Assembly: GCF_009914755.1 (NCBI RefSeq)
Contig: NC_060943.1
Origin: the human T2T-CHM13v2.0 reference genome, Homo sapiens
Direction: 5' to 3' (one strand)
DNA: 64,000 bases
Part shown: one piece after another, positions 51,101-62,764 of the stretch
Position numbering within the stretch: the first letter of the stretch is position 1
Layout of the letters: every line of letters starts with the position of its first letter
Notes under the pieces: generated by a model
Told to the model about the DNA's origin: nothing
Seen by the model: the letters and a program-made list of their open reading frames with translations, nothing else
Databases searched by the model: none
Translations under genes and position numbers: made by a program

Positions 51101-51570
51101 TACTAGGTGTTAAAGGCTTTAATATATACAGCCTTAATTTTTCAGTCTACTTAAAGTTAGGCCCATTTATCCCCCTCTGTCCCTGCTCTGTTTGTTGTGC
51201 TCTAGTTGTTTTATATACATATACATACATTACAGTTACATAATTTAAAAATCTCCAGATATAATGCCATATGTTTTGCTTCAAATAGCCTTAAAGGTTG
51301 TGTTTTTAAAAAAATAAAAAGTAAAAAGTCTTTAATATTTTCTATATTTTTACCAGTTATAGGATTCTATTTATTCCTAGGTATCTAGGTTTCCATCTAG
51401 TATTATTTACTTTTGACCTGGAGAATTTCCTTAAGCATTTTTATACTATTGTCTATTAGCAAAAATTCTCTTAGTTTTAATATATCTGGAAATGTCTTTA
51501 TTTCAGCTTCATGCCTGAAGAATATTTTCACTGTATAAAGAATTCTGTATTGAAAGTTTTTCTTTCAACA

Positions 51571-51814
51571 TAGTCATGTGTTGCTTAATAACAGGGCTAT
51601 TTCTGAGAAATGTGTTGTTAGGTTAAATGTATCACTGTGTGAACATCATAGTGTGTATTTACACAAATCTAGATGGTATAGCCTACTACACACCTAGGCT
51701 GTATGATATAGCCTATTGCTCCTAGGCTATAAACCTGTACAGCATGCTACTTTGTTGAGTAATAAAAGCAATCATCTTTCATTGACCAAGACATCATTAT
51801 GCATTGCATGACTG
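51571..51814. mobile_element. Tigger3a (Tc1/mariner-Tigger MITE) with internal deletion
   Basis: TIRs agtcatg.../...catgactg followed by ta; ctagatggtatagcctactacacacctaggct...ctcctaggctataaacctgtacagcatg. Confidence 0.9.
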
Positions 51815-51939
51815 TATTTTAAAGATGGCATTCTACTGACTTCTGACTTCCAGCACTTCTGACCAGAAGTCAACAGTTCTTTACATTATTGTTTCCTTTA
51901 ATATAATGGCTGTTTTTCTCTGATTTCAATATTTTCTCC

Positions 51940-52285
51940 TTTTAAAGCTTTTTAAAAATGATACATAACATTTGTATGTATTTGTAAGGTACATGTGGTT
52001 TTTTGATACATGTAGGATGTGTAATGATCAAGTCAGAGTATTTAGGATATCCAACACCGCAAACATTTATTCTTTCCATTGGGAACATTTCAAATCTTCT
52101 GTTTTAGATATTTTGAAGTACACATTATATAACTGTAGTTACCCTACTGTGCTATCAAACGTTAGAACTCATTCGTTCTATGTAACTGTATGGTTGTGCT
52201 CATTAACCTCTCTCTCTTCATCACTCCCCTCAAACACACACACAACCTTTCCAGCCTCTGATCATTCTACTCCCTACCACCATTG
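51940..52285 (-). mobile_element. L1MA (MA2-4-like) 3' end
   Basis: ggtacatgtg...tgtaatgatcaagtcagagtatttaggatatcc...accctactgtgctatcaaac. Confidence 0.85.
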
Positions 52286-52352
52286 AAACAACTGATTTTT
52301 CCTTTATATTAGATCTTTATTAGTTTGAACAAGATATGCCTAGATGGAATAA

Positions 52353-52672
52353 TTTTTCTCTCTCTCTCTCTCTCTCTCTTTCTCCTTCCGTCTGTCTATC
52401 CCTCCCTCTCTCCCTCCCTCCCTCCTTTCCTTCCTTCCTTCCTTCCTTTCTTCTTTCCTCCCTCCCTCCCTCTTTTGCTTCTTCCTTCCTTCTTTCCTCC
52501 CTCCCTCCCTCTTTTGCTCCTTCCTTCCTTCTTTCTTTCCTCCCTCTTTCCCTCTTTTGCTCCTTCCTTCCTTCTTTCTTTCCTCCCTCTTTCCCTCTTT
52601 TGCTCCTTCCTTCCTTCCTCCCTCCCTCCCTCCCTCCCTCCTTCCTTTCTTCCTTCTTTCCCTCCCTCTTTT
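52353..52672 (+). repeat. Pyrimidine tract (CT/CCTT/CCCT) containing a 39-43 bp minisatellite
   Basis: cttttgc recurs at 52472, 52511, 52554, 52597 and 52668; two adjacent 43-mers are identical. Confidence 0.95.
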
Positions 52673-52934
52673 GCCCAGGCTGGAGTGCAGTGGTGTGATC
52701 ACAGCTCACTGCAGCCTCAACCTCCTGGTCTCAAGTGATCCCCTACCTCAGCCTCTTGAGTAGCTGATGCCACAGGCATGCACACCACCATATCAGCCTA
52801 ATTTTTGTATTTCTCATAGAGATAGGGTTTCACCATGTTACCCAGACTGGTCTGGAACTCCTGAGCTCAATCAATCTGCCCCCACTTAACCTTCCAAAAT
52901 GCTGCGATTACAGGAGTGAGGCCCCATGCCCAGA
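52666..52934 (-). mobile_element. AluJ
   Basis: ttgcccaggctggagtgcagtggtgtgatcacagctcactgcagcctc...gattacaggagtgagg. Confidence 0.93.
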
Positions 52935-54214
52935 TGAAATTTCCTTTGCATTGCTTTTCTTGGCATTTGTTGAACTTCTAGAATCTATAAATCTGTGTCT
53001 TTCACCAAATTTGGATAAATTTGAGGCATCATTCATTTCTTCAAGTATATTTTCTGTTCCACTTTCCCTGTCTTTTCATTCTGGGATTCCAATGACATTT
53101 ATGGTAGAAATGTTGGTATTGTCTCACTGTCCTTGTCCTTTAAACAATTACTATTGTTCTGTCTTCAAGTTCAGGGACTGATTTATATGTCATCACTAAC
53201 CTATTGCTAATCAAAGCCTGTAATTTTTTAAAAATTTTATCCAGACTATGGGTCTATTTATGAGAAAATTAGTGCAAAGGAGCTACTTTACCATTACTGA
53301 AAGCAGAACTCGCCTGAAAAAAAAATGATACTAATGCATTACTTTTAATTTTCACTTTCATTCCCTAAGGATATTTTAATGGGTATAGACATCTTGTTTG
53401 GCAGTTATTTTCTCATAGCACACATACACACAAAACAAAAATTTGTTTTCTGGCTTACTTTTTTTTTAATTCAGAAAGTATTTCTCAATTTTGTTGCTGC
53501 TCCTTTGAAGGTAACTTTGTTTTACTTGGCTCTTGAAGGATTTTGTGTTTTGGTTTATTGTTTGGTTTTATTTTTATATGCATAAATATGAGTCTATTTT
53601 TTAATTTATCTTCTTTGGCATTTCTTAGGCTTTTTGGATCTGTACTTGATGGCTTTTGTAAATTCTAGAGAATTCTCAGTCTTATCTACTGAAATACCTC
53701 TGCCACATTCTCTCCTCTCCTTTTGTAACTGTAATTAAATGTATATTAGACTTCTGACTGTATTATCTATATTTCTTACCGCCATTCATTCCTTTCTTTC
53801 TTATTATTTTTCTATCACTTCCTATTATTTTTTCTCCATCCTGTATATTTCTTTTGATATGTTCTCTTTTTGCTAATTTGCTTTTTAGCTACATGATATT
53901 TGCTATAAAACTCATCTACTGATTTCTTAATTTCAGCTACATTTATTGTTCCAGAATGTCCTCTTAAATCTGCCATATCGTTACTGGAAAGTTCTGTTCT
54001 CTGTAAAAAAATTCAATATTGTCTTTTATTTTTTTGGTTTGAACATAGAAAGAATAATTATTTAGCATAATTATTTTAAAGGCTGTGTCTTACGTTTTCC
54101 TTGTAAGCCCCTGTGAGTCTGTTTCTAATGTCTTTTTTCTGCTAGTTTCCTTTCATTTTGTTTGGCCAAGCAGCAAAACACAATCTCTTATCTCTTTTCT
54201 ATGTATGGCATCTT

Positions 54215-54400
54215 ATGGAGCAATATTTTTGATCCTATGTGATTCTCTCATCAACTGTATTATTATACCCATTCTGAAAATGAGAAACCTGAGGCTTAAA
54301 GATGTTGAGTAGCTTCTCAAAGCCACATGGATATAAGGAGATCCCCGGAATTCAGAACCGGAGCTATTTGCATTTAAAGCTAAAGGCTGAGCTTTTAACC
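54215..54400 (-). mobile_element. MIR
   Basis: tattatacccattctgaaaatgagaaacctgaggcttaaagatgttgagtagctt. Confidence 0.75.
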
Positions 54401-54842
54401 CTTGGCTACCTGGAAAAAGTTGGGCTGATGAGATCCCATTTTTCCCAAGTGGCAGAGCCAAAATCAAACCAAACCATTGTTATGGATGGATATGGTGGTC
54501 AATGACAGTTCTACATTCTTTTTCAAGTTCTCTATGCAGACAGATTTTGCAGCAGTGCACTGACTGTGAGCTGCTTTTGATACGTGATCTGGGGCTGGAC
54601 AGCTGGCTCCTTGAGTGATGAAGTTGAAATAAGGAAATGAATAATTTTATGCTCATTTTAGAGAGGCTTCTCTGAGGTTTGGGGTTAGGCAGTGGTAAGG
54701 CACCTATCACTTTCTGCCAAGGCCAAAATCAGCCGGTAACAGCCAGCATAACTGACCCCAGTGTTTGCTTTCTTGCCAGACACTCCAAACCTCTCTGTAT
54801 AGGCTATTGTCAAAACAACAGCAGCAACAGTAGCAAAAAAGA

Positions 54843-55091
54843 GATAACATTTATTGAATACACTGTGTGCTTGTCATTGTTCTAGAACTTTGTATTTATT
54901 GATGCATAAACATCACTGTAACAATGCTATGAAGTACATTGTATTAATATTTGGATTTTGCAGATGAAGAAACTAATGCATAGAGAGGTTATTTAACTTG
55001 CCCAAAGTCATCTGAAATAGCACAACTATTTAGAGTAAGACACAGAGCTCACATTCAGGGCCCACGTCAGAGTCCACACTCTTAACTACCA
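54843..55091 (-). mobile_element. MIR (near full length)
   Basis: taacatttattgaatacact...ttttgcagatgaagaaactaatgcatagagaggttatttaacttgcccaaagtca...ctcttaactacca. Confidence 0.85.
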
Positions 55092-55310
55092 GTTAATTAC
55101 ATTGTTAATTCATTCCCTTTTGTGTTGGTGGTCCTATGGTGGGGGAGAAATTGTGTAACTATCCTAGAAATAAAATGCAGGATGGGAATGGGAGTCTGAA
55201 AGAAGTCAAGTCCTGGATCAATGGAGAGCCAAGAGCCAGGAGCTGAGGAGGGGTCAGTGGTGAGTGAAAAGAGTCAGTGGTGAGTGAAAAGCTCCAGACT
55301 GCCCAACACT

Positions 55311-55745
55311 TGGTGCAGTGGCTCACGCCTGTAATCCCAGTACTTTGCTCACGCCTGTAATCCCAGTACTTTGAGACTAGCCCAGGCAACATAGTGAGAC
55401 CCTCCTCTCCACAAAAATAATTAAAAATTAGCTGCACATAGTAACATGTGCCTGTGACCCCAGTTACTTGGGAGGCTGAGGTGACAAGATCCTTTGAGCT
55501 CAGGGGTTTGAGATCAGCTTGGGCAACACAGCAAGACTCTGTCTCTACAAAATATTAGAAATTAGCTGGGCATGATGGCGTGCACCTGGAGTCTTAGCTA
55601 CTCGAGAGACTGAGCTGGGAGGATCACGTGAGCCTGTCAGGGTCGCTTGAGCCTGGGAGGTCGAGGCTGCTGTGAGCTGTGATTGCATTACCACACTCCA
55701 GCCTGGGTGACAGAGCAAGAACTTGTCTCAAAAAATAAAAAAAAT
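55311..55745 (+). mobile_element. Rearranged, trimeric AluJ
   Basis: Three Alu monomers in tandem, with a perfect 26-bp duplication in the first arm. Confidence 0.9.
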
Positions 55746-55896
55746 GTTAAAACTACACAGTCCTAGGTGGTGGGGTATAGAGGTGAGTGTACTGCCATAG
55801 AAGATTGCAAGAAGAGGACATGGAAATAACTACCAGCAATGGTCGTGCCTGAAAAGCTGTGGATCCGGCTGCATCCTGGAGGCTAGCCAGAGTTTC

Positions 55897-56003
55897 TCTT
55901 ATTTTTTGCTTTTTTGTTTTTTATTTTTTGATGACGAAGTTTCATTCTGATGTCCAGGCTAAAGTGCAGTGGTATGATCAAGGCTCACTGCAGCCTGGAC
56001 CTC
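55897..56003 (-). mobile_element. 5'-truncated Alu right-arm fragment
   Basis: T-rich tail, then tccaggctaaagtgcagtggtatgatcaaggctcactgcagcct. Confidence 0.85.
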
Positions 56004-57024
56004 ACCCCGCTGGAGTCTGAATTTCTACTTAGCTACTCCCAATAAAAATGTGTATGTCTTTGGAAAGCTGCCTTTTACAACAGATTCTTCACTGATTTTT
56101 TTAATAATAAATTAAGGCTTTCGCTCAGAATCTCTTATGCAACAATTCTTCCATATATGCATAGATGTGTCAGAACTGACTCAAGCGTTTTATTGGTGAA
56201 GAATCTCAGAAGCTGGGCAATTTTCACCTTTATGAAGTATGCTACTTTATTATTTATTTATGGCTTTTCTCCTGATTTCCCACTTGCTTTCCTTCTTTGT
56301 CTAGTTGGTGGTGGGCCTACCCACTGCTACGGGCTCCTTTCAGCTGATAATTGCCCATCAGTTTTTACTTACACTGAGTGGTGGCTCTGGAATTGAGGGG
56401 CCCAGCTGGGTTCCTAGGTAATAGACTGTGGAGGTTCATGCCCTGAGCTGGGCTTCCCCACCTAGGCATTCAGGCTGAGCCCAGCCAGGGCCAACAGTCT
56501 AGTGGGTACGGAGCCTGAACACAGTGCCTGTGCTCAGAGCCAGCAGATGGCTAGATCTCTCAGGAAATGCCACCCTACTTGGGGTCGCCTGGCCTCCTTG
56601 GCTGTGTGGGGCTGGCTCTCCTTTCTTGATGGCACCTAGGAAATTCCAGCTTCCCCAGGCTCTAAAGTCCCTGCCCCTGCTAGCTCTAGAATACAGAAAT
56701 TCACATAAAAGCTAGATTCAGTCCCAGCCTAAGCTCTCAGGCTTCTCACTCTGCCAGACACTCCTGATGTCAGATGAGGCCATGTGGGGACATCTAGGCT
56801 TGTTCAAGGCCCCTTGCCAGGCTTCACATAAAGCCCACCCTTGTGTGGGTGAGGCATGGGCGTGGATGATCTGGGTAGTGAGTGGGGAGAAAAGCAGTGA
56901 GGTTTGGGGGAGGAGCACTGGGCTGGGAATCGGGAAGTTCAAGCTCGGCTTGCCTCTGCATTAACTCTCGAACTTCTCAGGTGCCGAACTGCTGGAACCA
57001 AGGAGGTCCTCAGATCTGGCCACA

Positions 57025-57190
57025 TGAGAAAGCAGCAAGGTGCAGGAAAACAGCCACAGACATTACAGTCCACCAGACCAGGGTCCGCGACCATTTGTGC
57101 CTGTCACTCACTCATGGCTTCGGCCAAATCATTTCAGTGTCTTCATATATAAAATGGAACTGGTGATGCCTGACATGCTCCTCAGGTGCC
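57025..57190 (+). mobile_element. MIR
   Basis: ccagaccagggtcc...cactcactcatggcttcggccaaatcatttc...atataaaatgg. Confidence 0.6.
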
Positions 57191-60100
57191 CAACCAGGAG
57201 GCCCTAAGACAACATTTCTCTAAGCTTCAAGCAAGATCTTGACACAGACATGGACTGCCATGCATTACTGGGAATGATGACCACATCAAAGGTGCAAGGA
57301 TGTGGATTAAGTGTCAGCTGTAGCTCTCATTCAGGCTTCACAGCCACCGTGTGGGGCAGGTGGGACCACACCTGGCAGGTTTCACATGGGAACTCCGAGA
57401 GCATATTAGGTTATGGGCACCATTAGAACTGAAAGGATTATTTTCAAGTCCCATTTCTAGCACACCTGTAGGGTCTCAATGCGTGTTTGTTGAGTGAAAG
57501 AAGGAACTTCCCCACCCCACTCATCCTATATTCTACTGTGTCAACTATTCACCCTTGGAGGGCAAAGAGTGGGGCAACTCCTGGGCCTTCATTCTGCAGT
57601 CACTTTTCATGGGGAGAGTGCCCCCTTTCTGACCTCCTGAGATTCCAGTCGCTGGCATGAAAACCCATCCTTGGCTGCCTTATTCCCTGACAGGTGGGGA
57701 GTGATGCCTTTTGCCATTCATGAAAAAAAAATGTAAATGGTGACAAAAGCTATTTTTATAATGTTTTTATCTATTCCATGACTGACATCAATAACACATA
57801 ACAGTTTCATTGACATTGTATCGCATCCAATGGGCCCAGTGACCTGATTCAATGTCAGTAGAAAAGCCTCGTACATCATCCCCGTGGCTGAATTGCAACA
57901 GATCCATTACCAATGCTTCAACCTCAGAAGTGTCCCGGAACCGACGCCAAGTCCATTTCAAGTCCTCCTTCCCAATCTTCCTGTTTTGTAACTGCCTTAG
58001 CTATCTTACCATGGACTCAGTCACCCTTTGGCTCACCCCCTTAAGTTGTTCCATCCCTGAACTTACCGAGTTTCGAGGGTCAGGACAGGTCTGTGCATTT
58101 GGTACTATGTGTCACATAGTAGGAGCTCAATTTATGAATAAATGAGAGGGGGAATGGCGGGGAGGAGGAAAGAATGGAATGTGGGTCTACACCTCAGTTA
58201 CAGCGTGAGTGCTTTTGCATGGCTCTGTGTTCCTTGCAGCACTAGGACTCAGCTAGAACATCCATAACAACTCAGGGTCCTTGGAGGAGTAAAACTTATT
58301 CTCATTGCACCAGCTGGCTCTGCTGGGACTGAATGTAATCAGAAAAGAGAGAAGGCTTTAGGACATTTTTGTAAAATGAAAACCTACTGTGGGAGAGAAC
58401 TCCCTGCCCCAGACTTCAGCCCCAGGACCTGGAAGCCAGCCAGCACCTGAGGAAGAGGAGGCCGCCCAGCCAGGTGCCTGTGCTGGACTCACAGAGAGAA
58501 GCCTCCCAGCCAGACCCACCTTGGTTCTCCTCATCTTCTCAGCTACACAAAATGGGAACGGACATTGACTCTGCAATCTTATTACATGGGTTTAAGAGAG
58601 CCCTCACTAATATAGCAATATATGTGTCATTTGTCTCACTAGTAAGGCTGTTTAGTAGTCAAAACTGTAGAAAATTGAATATACACTTACTGTATAAAAA
58701 TGATATGCTTGGTTAGTGATAGTTTAAAAGAAATAAGTACATCTATCATAGAAGAACTGGCTGTCAGCTCTTTATATGTAAGAAAAATATTGAACACAAA
58801 TGTGATAAATGTTGGGCACTATTTTACAAAAGTTATCCAACGAAGTTGGTTTACAGTAAGTTCTTCCCAGCAAAGAGGAAGATAAAAGGAAAAGAGAGAG
58901 ACAATGGATAGAAGAAAACAAGACAAAGGGGGTGGGGAACAAGGAGAGAGACCGAGGGAAAGAAGAGCTCCAAAGTGTTGAGAGAAAAGGCCCCAAGCAC
59001 TGTCCTCACTCTGGCATCGCGTAGCCCTTGCCTGCTCCTGCATCCCTCTATTTGGGAAAAGTTTCCTCCCCAAAGGGAGCTCAGATGGGGAGGGGTAAAT
59101 CCAGTGCAGAAGATTCCACGTCATGGAGAATGGCTGATGAACACTCGGTAGTTCCATCCCCAGGCCACCAGAAAAGGCAGTTGGAATGGATCTTGCTATG
59201 GTCCAGAGGCAAAAGTTGGGTAGACTAAGAGAAGAAAGTTGAACTACTGATCAACAGTAGTACTTGGGGAGTGGCTCCATAAATAAGGAAGTTCCAGGTG
59301 GGAAGGGAATTCTAAAATAATGTGAGGAGCTCCCAGTGGGGTGTTAGGGTGCTAAGGGGGCTGGTTGTGTGACCTCTAAGCTGGGCCCTGGGATGGAGGT
59401 GGGCCCCTGTCTGGCGATGGAGCAGTGAGGAGGTCAACAAGTCCACTGGGGTCAGCTCCGAGGAGCCCGGGGACAGGGAGTGTGGTAGAGGAGGACAAAG
59501 AGGACAGAGGAGGTGGGAGGCCCATTCCTGGAGGACATGGGACTTGACTGAGCTTTGAGCCTGAGTGGGTAGAGAGTTCTTCCAGTCAGAGGAGAGTCCA
59601 AAGCAGAGGGTGTCCATCTCCATTTGGTTGGAACAGAGAAAGGGTGCATTTGAGGGCAGGGGTAACAGAGATAAGACCAGCAAGAGCTAGCTGGGAGCGT
59701 CTATCTTGGCATGCAAGAAGGGCTTGAAATCAAATTCAAATGGACTCCTTTGAGATCCGGTAGATAGAGGGCAGCCACAGAGGGTGTCCAAGCCAGGCAG
59801 AGTGAGAGTGGGAGTGTGACAGAGCGGGGAAACTCATGATGAGCCGGAGTGCCCTTCCTCCCCAGGGCTTTGATCTCCAGAGATCAAAGTGCCTCCACCA
59901 GCATGCCCTCCTCTCCCATGTGCGCCCTGATACACCTCTGCACTGTCTGGGTTCCCCATGAGGGCAGAGCTTCAAAGTGGGACCCAGGGGCTGAGGGGAG
60001 ATTCAGAAGTACTCAGGAGAGGAAGGTGCAGGGATGGGCCTGTGGAGGCTCAGGAAGGTGAATGTCTTCTCTGCCCAGCTCGAGCTTAGGAGAAAGTGGG

Positions 60101-60320
60101 AAGTGAGCTGAGAGTTCTGTGCCTCGCTTTACCTCTTCCCTATTTTCCCAGTCTTACCTTCATTCCATTCTTCCTTCCTTCTCGCTCTCTTCCTTCCTTT
60201 CACCTTTTTCAATTTGAGCCAACACTGGCCTAGTACTGACTACCTGCTAAGAGTTGTTAGAAACAACTTATGGATATCATCTCATTTAATCCTCATAACA
60301 ACCCTGTATGTGGCAAGTGC

Positions 60321-60822
60321 TGTTACTGAGAAATCAATGGGCTCCCTGCTTAAGGCACATAGATTGGATCTTGCAATAGGGTGATGCCAGGAGGCATGAT
60401 CCGATTGGATCCTGCCATGGGGTGATGCCAGGACTCAGTATGATTGAGTCCTGATCCTGCCATGCATGTCCACATCTTAATTCAGTCCCCACTCCTTGGG
60501 AGTGCTTACACTCCCTCCTGCTTGCACACTTAGCTCATGTGGGCATGCAGAGGTTATGTGACCTTCAACATGTGGGTCCATGGCAGCTGAACAACAACTC
60601 ACGACTTTGTTACATAAAAGTTGAACCAGATGGGTGTGGTGGCTCAAGCCTGTAATCCCAGCACTTTGAGAGGCCGAGGTGAGAGGATCACTTGAGCCAC
60701 GGTTGAGGCTGCAGTGAGCTGTGACTGTGCCACTGCACTCCAGCCTAGGCAACAGGAGTGAGATCCTATCTCAAAAAAATAAAAATAAAAAAGTTGAATC
60801 AGATTGGTCTAAAGCAGTTACA
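60321..60822 (-). mobile_element. ERV1 solo LTR, MER66-like
   Basis: tgtta...gattggatcttgcaa...ggatcctgccatgg...caactcacgactttgttacataaaagttgaacc...gattggtct...gttaca; 4-bp TSD gtgc/gtac. Confidence 0.75.
60628..60788 (+). mobile_element. Monomeric Alu (left/right arm chimera)
   Basis: Single ~160 bp monomer with A tail; TSD aaaagttgaacc / aaaagttgaatc. Confidence 0.9.
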
Positions 60823-61254
60823 GTACTACAATTATCCCCTTTTTATAGATTAGAAAACTGAGGCTGGGGGGAAGTTAAGCATTGTTCCAAGTCACCCCGT
60901 GAGTAAGTGGCAGAGCTGGGATTTGAACCCAGTCTGTCTGGTTCCACTGTCTGAACTTTGCTGCCTCTGAATAATTCTCCTCCCCAAAGCTGCCCCCATC
61001 AAAAAACAAAACAAAACACACAAACAAAAAAAACACCAGTAATGTTCCGGAGAGACCCCAGGTGTTCAGCAAGAGTATTTTGACTCTGTCTTTTCCTTTC
61101 TGGAGCTTGTCTTTATTGGAGCTGGGAAGGTGGTTCCAGGGATGAGGGTGGTAGGGTGGGATACAGGAAGCTCCCCTCAGTGAAAGGCAGGAAGACTAAG
61201 CCTTCACCCAGCTCTGGCAGTCCCAAGCTTTATACCTCTGGGCTTATATTCACT

Positions 61255-61722
61255 GTTCCCCCTTCTGAGTATCCAATGTCCATCATACCACTCTGTATGC
61301 CCCTGCACACCTATAGCTTAGCTTCCACTTATAAGTGAGAAGATGCAATCTTTGCTTTTCTTTTCCTGAGTTACTTCACTTAGGATAATGGCCCCCAGCT
61401 CCTTTGAAGTTGCTGCAAAAGACATTATGTCGTTCTTTTTTATGGCTGAGTAGTATTCCATGGTGTATATATGTCACATTTACTTTGTTTGCTCATCAGT
61501 TGATGGACATTTAGGTTGATTCAGTATCTTTGAATTGTGAATTGTACTTCAATAAACATATGTGCAGAAGTCTTTTTGATGTAATGAATTATTTTCCTTT
61601 GGGTATCCAGTAGTAGGATTGCTGGATGGAATGGCAGATCTACTTAGAGTCTTTGAGAAATCTCCATGCTGTGTTCCATAGTGGTTGTACTAATTTACAT
61701 CCCCACCAGCAGTGGATACGCT
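61255..61722 (-). mobile_element. L1PB-type 3' UTR fragment lacking a tail
   Basis: ccacttataagtgagaa...ctgagttacttcacttaggataatggcc...gttgctgcaaaagacatt...tactaatttacatccccaccagcagtg. Confidence 0.88.
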
Positions 61723-62764
61723 TGGGGATGTGTTTTTTAAGGAAGGGATGACACCATCATTACTGATGTATGGTGAGTCCCAGTGTGGGTAGAGCCCTGG
61801 GCCAGGCCTGGAGGAGGAAAAGGAGGAAAGGTGAGGGGAGTCTTGATTTCCTATGAGTTCATATTTAGGCAGCCCAGCCACTCTAAAAGTCTGAGGGTTC
61901 TTATAGTATCAGAGCTAGGAAATCTGGTAGTCACAAAGTTGACTTCCATCTTTTCAGCTGGGGAGACAGAGGCATGTGACAGGTTCGTCAGTGCCAGGGC
62001 CACTTTGGGTCAGCAGTGGCAGGGATTTCTACATGTCAATGCACACTCAACATTCAATTCACACTCAGCTCATTCCTCAACGAGGCTTCTCCTCCATGGG
62101 CAGGCTCCCTGCATCCTTCCTGGTCAAGCCCTCTCTTTCTTCATCTTCAGTGCTGAGGGGAGGAAAGAGGAGGAGAAGAGAAGAGGTGATTGCCAAAACC
62201 CTGGAGCGCACCCAAACCAAACGGAGGAGATTCTATCTTCACTTTGCACAAGGGATGGAAGAAGCTGAGAGAAGGGCCCAGTGTGGGGTAAGCAGTGGCC
62301 CAGGCAGAGTCTCCATGCAGGATATTCACATCACCCTTGGGACAGCCCGGACAGCAAACCTGACTTTAGTGCATCAGCGACATTCTCCTGGGCCCTGCAA
62401 CCAGCGCATCCTTACTGGAGCTCTGGCTTTCTTGCACAAATACTGATGCCTCCTGAGATGTCCTCCCAGCTCACTGCCCCTTCCATCATTGCCCACCCCT
62501 CCTCCACACAGGGAAGTTGATGTGTGGAGTGGGACTCATTATTAAGTTGAACCCTTAGCCTTTTTCTTGGAGAAGGGTCCTGCCCACCACTGGCCCTGCT
62601 ATATGTGTCCCTTCTCTGGTCCATCTTGAGCCACACAGACCCCAGACCACTGTCCTGAGGTCCTTCCTTGTCTGTGTGGCTGACTTCCCATCTGGGATCA
62701 TTCTCACCTCCATCCTCCCACCCCACAGGTGTTCCAGAACTGTCCTCTTCCTCCTCCTCTCTTA

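Larger units (their letters stand above)
46170..54150 (-). mobile_element. AT-rich cluster of old L1 fragments (L1MC/MD/ME-type) with nested elements
   Basis: Recurrent old L1 antisense motifs: ttttaattggagcatt...catttacattttaatgtaatta, tttgtctgaaaatgtcttcatt, cataaccacagcaca...agaaaatttaatattgat, tttcaccaaatttggataaattt. Subfamily borders not resolved. Confidence 0.75.
60230..60970 (-). mobile_element. MIR split by LTR and Alu
   Basis: atctcatttaatcctcataacaaccctgt (left half); ttttatagattagaaaactgaggct...gtggcagagctgggatttgaacccagtctg (right half). Confidence 0.85.

Noticed and set aside
52320-52763. Several 120-137 aa ORFs
   Set aside because: Translations of the pyrimidine tract and Alu.
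60361-60465. Three spaced gattggatcctgccatg-like repeats, superficially CRISPR-like
   Set aside because: Internal tandem repeats of the MER66-like LTR; eukaryotic context and no unique spacers or cas genes.
61783-62446. 161 aa and 156 aa overlapping ORFs
   Set aside because: Non-ATG starts, no recognisable homology and no supporting gene structure.
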